Positions 58,831 to 64,000 of a stretch of 64,000 nt of DNA are shown piece by piece. The position numbers and the translations under genes are program-made. The notes under the pieces were generated by a model that did not search any database, was not told where the DNA came from, and saw only the letters and a program-made list of their open reading frames with translations. The first letter of the stretch is position 1. Every line of letters starts with the position of its first letter. Source of the DNA: Pseudomonadota bacterium (GTDB lineage Bacteria > Pseudomonadota > Gammaproteobacteria > Burkholderiales > JBEEJL01); the NCBI GenBank assembly GCA_043744215.1, contig JAYTVC010000050.1, positions 94 to 64,093 on the forward strand. The letters run 5' to 3'.

Positions 58831-59397
58831 ATGATGGCTAACCCAGACCAACTCAAACAACTTCTTTTGTCAGCTGGCAAAAACGACCAAAGCGCCTTCC
58901 AGCAATTATATGAATTGACTTCGGCGAATCTGTTTGCCGTCGCGCTGCGTATATTACGCAGACAGGACTGGGCGGAAGATGTGTTGCAGGAATGTTATGT
59001 GCGCATCTGGCATAACGCTGCCGATTATGACGCGAGCAAAAGCGCGCCGCTGACCTGGATGATTTCCATTGTGCGCAATAGTTGTATTGATAATTTACGC
59101 CGCGCGGGTGTGCGACCACAACAACTCGGCGGCGAAGAGATAGAGGAAAGTTTGGAAAATATTATCGAGCCCGCCTTGGGCCCGCAGGAATTGGCGCAGC
59201 AACATCAAACTGCCGGGCAAATTGAAAAATGCCTGGAGCAGCTCGCTGCGCCAGCGCGCAAGAATATCGAGCTGGCGTTTTTTTACGGCTATAGCCACAG
59301 CGAATTAGCCGAGCTGCAAAAGCAAGCGGTCGGCACGGTGAAATCGCTGATCCGGCGCGGCCTCGCCAGTTTGAAAAATTGTTTGGGTGTGGCATGA
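58831..59397 (+). CDS. ECF-type RNA polymerase sigma-70 factor
   Basis: 188 aa with region 2 (..DVLQECYVRIWHNA..) and region 4 HTH (YSHSELAELQKQAVGTVKSLIRRG). Confidence 0.9.
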   Translation: MMANPDQLKQLLLSAGKNDQSAFQQLYELTSANLFAVALRILRRQDWAEDVLQECYVRIWHNAADYDASKSAPLTWMISIVRNSCIDNLRRAGVRPQQLGGEEIEESLENIIEPALGPQELAQQHQTAGQIEKCLEQLAAPARKNIELAFFYGYSHSELAELQKQAVGTVKSLIRRGLASLKNCLGVA

Positions 59398-60104
59398 ATA
59401 TTAATCATCCCGAATTACGTCACGCCTTGGCGGCGGAATATGTGCTCGGCACTTTGCAAGGCGCGGCGCGCAAACGCTTTGAAACGCTATTGGTGAACGA
59501 CGCGGAATTGCAGCACAGCGTCGCGCAATGGCAGGATGCCATGTCGGTGCTGGCCTTAAAATTAACGCCAGTCGCGCCGCCGCGCCGAGTGTGGAATCGC
59601 GTGCGCGCGCAACTGTTTATGCAGAACACCGCGCGCAGCACAAAAAATATTTCCGGCGAAAGCTGGTGGAGCAATCTGACTTTCTGGCGCGGCTGGGGTG
59701 TGGCAGCGACGGCAGCTGCGATTGCATTATCGGTTTTAATGAACACCGCGCAACCGCCGGAAGCCAAACCGGCTTACGTTGTCGTGTTGAGCAATCAACA
59801 AGCGCAACCGGTGATGTCGGTCGCCAGCGACAGCCGGCAAAAACAATTGCGCATTAAAATTATCGGCCAGCAAAAAATCGATTCCGATAAAGACTATCAA
59901 TTATGGGCGTTGCCACCGGGTGATAAGCCGCGCTCGCTTGGCTTGGTGTCGGAGCAGGGCGAAACCGTCTTGCTCGTGCCGAACACTATGCAAGGGCTGA
60001 CTAACATTCCGGCGCTGGCGATCAGCCTAGAGCCGAAAGGCGGCTCGCCGACTGGCCAGCCCACCGGCCCGATACTATTTACCGGCCCAGTAATTAAACT
60101 TTGA
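59394..60104 (+). CDS. Anti-sigma factor (RskA-like)
   Basis: ATGA overlap with the sigma gene. N-terminal anti-sigma helix, one TM (WRGWGVAATAAAIALSVL), C-terminal YQLWALPPGDKPRSLG motif. Confidence 0.8.
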   Translation: MNINHPELRHALAAEYVLGTLQGAARKRFETLLVNDAELQHSVAQWQDAMSVLALKLTPVAPPRRVWNRVRAQLFMQNTARSTKNISGESWWSNLTFWRGWGVAATAAAIALSVLMNTAQPPEAKPAYVVVLSNQQAQPVMSVASDSRQKQLRIKIIGQQKIDSDKDYQLWALPPGDKPRSLGLVSEQGETVLLVPNTMQGLTNIPALAISLEPKGGSPTGQPTGPILFTGPVIKL

Positions 60105-60111
60105 GCAGAAT

Positions 60112-60139
60112 AAAAAATTCAATATAATCAATTAGTTAC
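60112..60139 (-). repeat. 28-bp IHF-core element, copy 11
   Basis: AAAAAATTCAATATAATCAATTAGTTAC, just after the anti-sigma stop. Confidence 0.75.
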
Positions 60140-60264
60140 AAAAATAGATGATTTATATCCTTCATTTCATTGGTTTTAATTGGCCGGACGCTTGCTTCAT
60201 GTCTTTTATTAGCTCCCGAAATGTGAAAAAATTGGGGTAACTCACTAGATTAGGTAGTGCGACC

Positions 60265-60855
60265 ATGATTGACCGGGACGGATATCGCCCCAACGTTGGC
60301 ATTGTCTTATGCAACGCCAAGAACGAAGTTTTTTGGGGCAAGCGCGTTAAAGAGCACTCGTGGCAGTTCCCTCAAGGTGGCATCAAATACGGGGAATCGC
60401 CCGAGCAGGCCATGTTCCGCGAGTTGGAAGAAGAAACCGGCTTGCTGCCTCAGCACGTACAAATTCTCGGGCGCACGCGCTCTTGGCTGCATTATGACGT
60501 GCCCGCCCACTGGGTTCGGCGCGAGTTTCGCGGTAGTTATCGCGGGCAAAAGCAAATCTGGTATTTACTGCGCCTCGTGGGCCGTGATTGCGATGTGAAG
60601 TTGCGCGCCAGCACCCATCCCGAATTCGACGCCTGGCGCTGGCATGAGTATTGGATTCCTCTGGAAAATGTCATTGACTTCAAACGCGATGTGTATCGCC
60701 AGGCGCTGAACGAATTATTCGTTTATCTGCGTGGTCATGGTCAGCGATCCCATCGTGTGCGCACCGACAGACCCGAGCGTCAGCCCAATGAGGCGCAAGC
60801 CGACGAGAAGACGAATCTCGAAAGCACCCTACCCAAAGCCCCCATGACGGGTTGA
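60265..60855 (+). CDS. rppH: RNA pyrophosphohydrolase (Nudix)
   Basis: 196 aa. [15 protein letters not shown].. and Nudix box [23 protein letters not shown]. Confidence 0.9.
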   Translation: MIDRDGYRPNVGIVLCNAKNEVFWGKRVKEHSWQFPQGGIKYGESPEQAMFRELEEETGLLPQHVQILGRTRSWLHYDVPAHWVRREFRGSYRGQKQIWYLLRLVGRDCDVKLRASTHPEFDAWRWHEYWIPLENVIDFKRDVYRQALNELFVYLRGHGQRSHRVRTDRPERQPNEAQADEKTNLESTLPKAPMTG

Positions 60856-60967
60856 GATTCTAACGAGTCTGTCCTATACTGAACTTATTGGTTAGACGTT
60901 GTCTAGACTAATTCCAGTTAAGATAATATTTACAGAAGCTGGAAATTTAAGGTTAGCGCATTTATTG

Positions 60968-60995
60968 CTAACGCATTGATTATATTCAATAATTT
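60968..60995 (+). repeat. 28-bp IHF-core element, copy 12
   Basis: CTAACGCATTGATTATATTCAATAATTT, just upstream of AAGGAG and the rubrerythrin ATG. Confidence 0.7.
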
Positions 60996-61010
60996 TTAAG
61001 GAGACGCATC

Positions 61011-61430
61011 ATGCAACTCAAAGGCTCAAAAACCCACGACAATCTGAAAGCGGCATTTGCCGGTGAATCCCAAGCCAACCGCCGTTATCTTTACTTTGCA
61101 GCCAAGGCTGACGTAGAAGGCCAAAACGATGTGGCCGCCGTATTCCGCTCTACCGCTGAAGGCGAGACGGGCCATGCGCACGGCCATTTGGAATACATGG
61201 AATCCGTCGGCGATCCCGCGACAGATTTGCCCATTGGTTCCAGCCGCAACAATTTGAAAGCGGCCATCGCCGGCGAGACGCATGAATATACCGATATGTA
61301 TCCCGGTATGGCAAAACAGGCTCGCACTGAAGGCTTCGAAGAAATCGCCGACTGGTTTGAGACCCTGGCAAAAGCCGAACGCTCCCACGCCAACCGTTTT
61401 CAAAAAGCGCTGGATGCTTTAGCTGACTAA
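61011..61430 (+). CDS. Rubrerythrin-family (ferritin-like di-iron) protein lacking a rubredoxin domain
   Basis: 139 aa with two E..ExxH motifs ([10 protein letters not shown], ..AGETHEY.., [10 protein letters not shown]). Confidence 0.85.
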   Translation: MQLKGSKTHDNLKAAFAGESQANRRYLYFAAKADVEGQNDVAAVFRSTAEGETGHAHGHLEYMESVGDPATDLPIGSSRNNLKAAIAGETHEYTDMYPGMAKQARTEGFEEIADWFETLAKAERSHANRFQKALDALAD

Positions 61431-61454
61431 CATATCGCCGCAAACCTGGCTGTT

Positions 61455-61493
61455 AAAAAAAAGGCGAAGACAAAAATCTTCGCCTTTGTTTTT
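61455..61493 (+). terminator. Rho-independent terminator (possible attenuation point within the cluster)
   Basis: AGGCGAAGA-CAAAAA-TCTTCGCCT followed by TTGTTTTT. Confidence 0.7.
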
Positions 61494-61522
61494 CAAAACA
61501 ACTGTGTAAATGAGGAAAAACC

Positions 61523-62857
61523 ATGACCCGCGAAGGCAGTCTCGACGCGCCAAAACGTCATCCGCTTGATTGGAACAACCCCGACTTCTACAACGAAGCG
61601 TCGTTGCTGCACGAGCTTGAACGCGTATACGATATTTGCCACGGCTGCCGCCGCTGCTTTAATTTATGCAACGCGTTTCCGCTGCTGTTTGATGCCATCG
61701 ACGGGAGCGAGTCGATGGAACTCGACAGCGTGCCGAAAAAAGTTTTTTGGGACGTGGTCGATCAATGCTATCTGTGCGACATGTGCTTCATGACCAAATG
61801 TCCCTATGTGCCGCCGCATCAGTTTAACGTCGATTTTCCCCATCTGATGCTGCGCGCCAAAGCGGTAAAATACAAAGCGGGCAAAACCAGCTTCCGCGAC
61901 AAATTACTCACCAGCACCGACCTGATGGGCAAGCTCGCCAGCATTCCGGTCGTGGTGCAAGTAGTCAACAAGGCCAACAAAACCCCGGCCACGCGCAAAA
62001 TTCTGGAAGGCGTTTTGCAAGTGCATAAAGATCGGCAACTGCCCGAATACGACAGCAAAAAATTCCGCAGCCATGCGAAACCGAACGAGGCATGGCCAGT
62101 GCGAGAGGGCAAAAACACGCCTGGCAAAGTGGCGATTTATGCGACTTGTTACGTGAACTACAACGAGCCGGGCATCGGCCATGATTTGATCAAGATTCTC
62201 AATCACAACGAAATTCCTCACCGGCTGGTGGAAAAAGAATCCTGCTGCGGCATGCCGAAATTGGAACTGGGCGATCTGGACGCGGTAAAAGCATTGAAAG
62301 AAAAAAATATTCCGCACCTGGTTAAATTGGCGAAAGACGGTTACGCGATTATCACGTCCGTGCCTTCGTGCACGCTCATGTACAAGCAGGAATTGCCGCT
62401 GATGTTCCCCAACGATGCCGACGTCAAGGCGGTGGCCGAAGCGATGTTCGATCCGTTCGAATATTTTATGTTGCGCAAAACTGATGGCCTGTTGAAGACC
62501 GATTTCAAAAAACCGCTGGGCAAAGTGTCGTATCACATTCCCTGCCACTTACGCGTACAAAATATGGGACAAAAAACACGCGAGATGCTGCAACTCGTCC
62601 CCGATACCACGGTCAATACGGTGGAGAGATGCTCGGGCCACGACGGCACTTGGGGCGTGAAAAAAGAATACTTTGACCTGTCGATGAAAATCGGCAAGCC
62701 GGTTTTCAAAGCCATGGCCGGTACGCAACCGGATTACGTCAGTTCCGATTGCGCCATTGCCGGACGCCACATCATGCAAGGCATAGATGGCGGGCCCGAA
62801 ACCGCCACTGAAAAACAGCACCCGCTTACGCTTATACGCATTGCTTACGGACTTTAA
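61523..62857 (+). CDS. (Fe-S)-binding oxidoreductase with CCG domains (HdrD/GlpC-like)
   Basis: 444 aa. Ferredoxin-type Cys clusters CHGCRRCFNLC and CYLCDMCFMTKCP, plus C-terminal Cys-rich CCG motifs. Confidence 0.8.
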   Translation: MTREGSLDAPKRHPLDWNNPDFYNEASLLHELERVYDICHGCRRCFNLCNAFPLLFDAIDGSESMELDSVPKKVFWDVVDQCYLCDMCFMTKCPYVPPHQFNVDFPHLMLRAKAVKYKAGKTSFRDKLLTSTDLMGKLASIPVVVQVVNKANKTPATRKILEGVLQVHKDRQLPEYDSKKFRSHAKPNEAWPVREGKNTPGKVAIYATCYVNYNEPGIGHDLIKILNHNEIPHRLVEKESCCGMPKLELGDLDAVKALKEKNIPHLVKLAKDGYAIITSVPSCTLMYKQELPLMFPNDADVKAVAEAMFDPFEYFMLRKTDGLLKTDFKKPLGKVSYHIPCHLRVQNMGQKTREMLQLVPDTTVNTVERCSGHDGTWGVKKEYFDLSMKIGKPVFKAMAGTQPDYVSSDCAIAGRHIMQGIDGGPETATEKQHPLTLIRIAYGL

Positions 62858-62872
62858 TTGACAGGAAGAATC

Positions 62873-63457
62873 ATGGCCATTACCCGCGACAGTTTGATGA
62901 CCCTCGAAGCCTATGCCAAAGCGCGTAAAGATTTTCGCGCCAAAGTCATCGCGCACAAAAAAAATCGCACTTTGCATTTAGGCGAGCATGTCACGCTGCT
63001 GTTTGAAGACGAGCTGACCATCCGCTATCAAGTGCAGGAAATGCTGCGCATCGAAAAAATATTCGAAGAAGATGGCATTGAAGAGGAACTCAGTGCCTAC
63101 AATCCGCTGATTCCCGAAGGCACCAACTGGAAGGCGACCATGCTGATCGAATACACCGACATCGAAGAGCGCAAAGTCGCGCTGTCGAAACTGGTCGGCG
63201 TGGAAGACAAAGTATGGGTGCGCGCGTTCGGTTTCAATCGCGTCTATGCGATTGCAGACGAAGACATGGAGCGTGACCGCGAAGGCAAAACCTCGTCCGT
63301 GCATTTTTTGCGTTTTGAACTCACGCGCGAAATGGTCGCTGCGCTCAAGGCCGGTGCCGATGTGGGCATGGGCGTCGATCATCCCCATTGCCAGATCATG
63401 ATCTCGGAAATCGATCCGGTCTCGCGCGAAGCGCTGGTTGCAGACCTGAAAGGATGA
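62873..63457 (+). CDS. DUF3501 family protein
   Basis: Internal start MAITRDSLMTLEAYAK. Conserved partner of the rubrerythrin and Fe-S oxidoreductase genes, as I recall. Confidence 0.65.
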   Translation: MAITRDSLMTLEAYAKARKDFRAKVIAHKKNRTLHLGEHVTLLFEDELTIRYQVQEMLRIEKIFEEDGIEEELSAYNPLIPEGTNWKATMLIEYTDIEERKVALSKLVGVEDKVWVRAFGFNRVYAIADEDMERDREGKTSSVHFLRFELTREMVAALKAGADVGMGVDHPHCQIMISEIDPVSREALVADLKG

Positions 63458-63544
63458 TGTTTTTCGCTAACGGTTGATCTGGCGCAAACACGGTTTCTTT
63501 GATTGAAGCTAATGTATTCATCATTGCTTCGAGCAGGAGATGAT

Positions 63545-64000
63545 ATGTTTAGCGCCAAACTCAATTTGGTCGATCACATTACGGACGCTTTGCAACAGCG
63601 CTTGCGGCGCGCCCATCTCCCCGTTGCCATTAGGCTTTGGAACAACCAGATCTTGGTCGGCGATACGCCGCCGTGCATCATTATCTCGCTCAAATCACCG
63701 CAAGCCCTCAGCCTGTTCGCGCGGCCCGACATCAGCCAATTCGCCGAATATTACGTGCAAAAAAAAATCGACCTCGAAGGCAATGTGAAAGACATTGTGC
63801 GCTTGGTCGCGCCGTTGCTGGATATCAACGGCAGCGTGCAAACCACCATCGGCCATGCCGCCAAATTGTGGCGTCACACGCGCAGTCGCGACAAACAGGC
63901 CATCCGGTTTCATTACGATGTCAGCGATGATTTTTATGCGCTGTGGCTGGATAAAAACCGCGTGTATTCCTGCGCCTATTTCAAAACCGAAACGGATTCA
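63545..64000 (+). CDS. Cyclopropane-fatty-acyl-phospholipid synthase family protein (5' partial, runs off the window)
   Basis: My translation runs MFSAKLNLVDHI... to ...IRFHYDVSDDFYALWLDKNRVYSCAYF, the characteristic CFA-synthase N-terminal motif. The frame is open to the window end. Confidence 0.8.
   Translation, partial: MFSAKLNLVDHITDALQQRLRRAHLPVAIRLWNNQILVGDTPPCIIISLKSPQALSLFARPDISQFAEYYVQKKIDLEGNVKDIVRLVAPLLDINGSVQTTIGHAAKLWRHTRSRDKQAIRFHYDVSDDFYALWLDKNRVYSCAYFKTETDS

Overview
This is a 64-kb chromosomal segment of roughly 55% GC by eye. Its housekeeping synteny looks betaproteobacterial: rsmB-DUF3108-purN-purM, nadA/hda, pcnB-folK-dNK-panB-panC, queA-tgt-yajC-secD-secF and proS. The taxon is an inference only, since no database search was possible. 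About 75 protein genes, one tRNA-Leu(CAA) and one tracrRNA are supported. Three regions look accessory. (1) At about 4.7-11.5 kb there is a complete Neisseria-like type II-C CRISPR-Cas9 locus. cas9, cas1 and cas2 lie on the minus strand, the array has ten identical 36-bp repeats and nine 30-bp spacers, and a tracrRNA is transcribed divergently from cas9. On its cas-distal side a ParD/ParE-type toxin-antitoxin cassette sits nested in ~200-bp tandem units. The whole region abuts a decaying gentisate/protocatechuate catabolic cluster. (2) At 53.4-54.8 kb there is an islet holding a HigB/HigA-type TA pair, a VOC-family gene and a TonB-dependent-receptor remnant. (3) A DUF4331-lipoprotein-TPR operon is divergent from an ECF sigma/anti-sigma pair. 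Two signals are not explained by ordinary annotation. (a) A 28-bp AT-rich element, consensus GTAACTAWTTGATTATATTGAATAATTT, occurs at least 12 times. Its reverse strand is a perfect IHF core (WATCAANNNNTTR). Most copies sit at gene boundaries, but three lie inside coding sequence. (b) The predicted parDE promoter/operator is built from hexamers identical to the CRISPR repeat termini, including the repeat's TGnTACAAT extended -10. This suggests either a fossil repeat now driving a TA operon or shared cis-elements between the TA module and the crRNA promoters. All functional calls rest on motif-level recognition of the translated ORFs.
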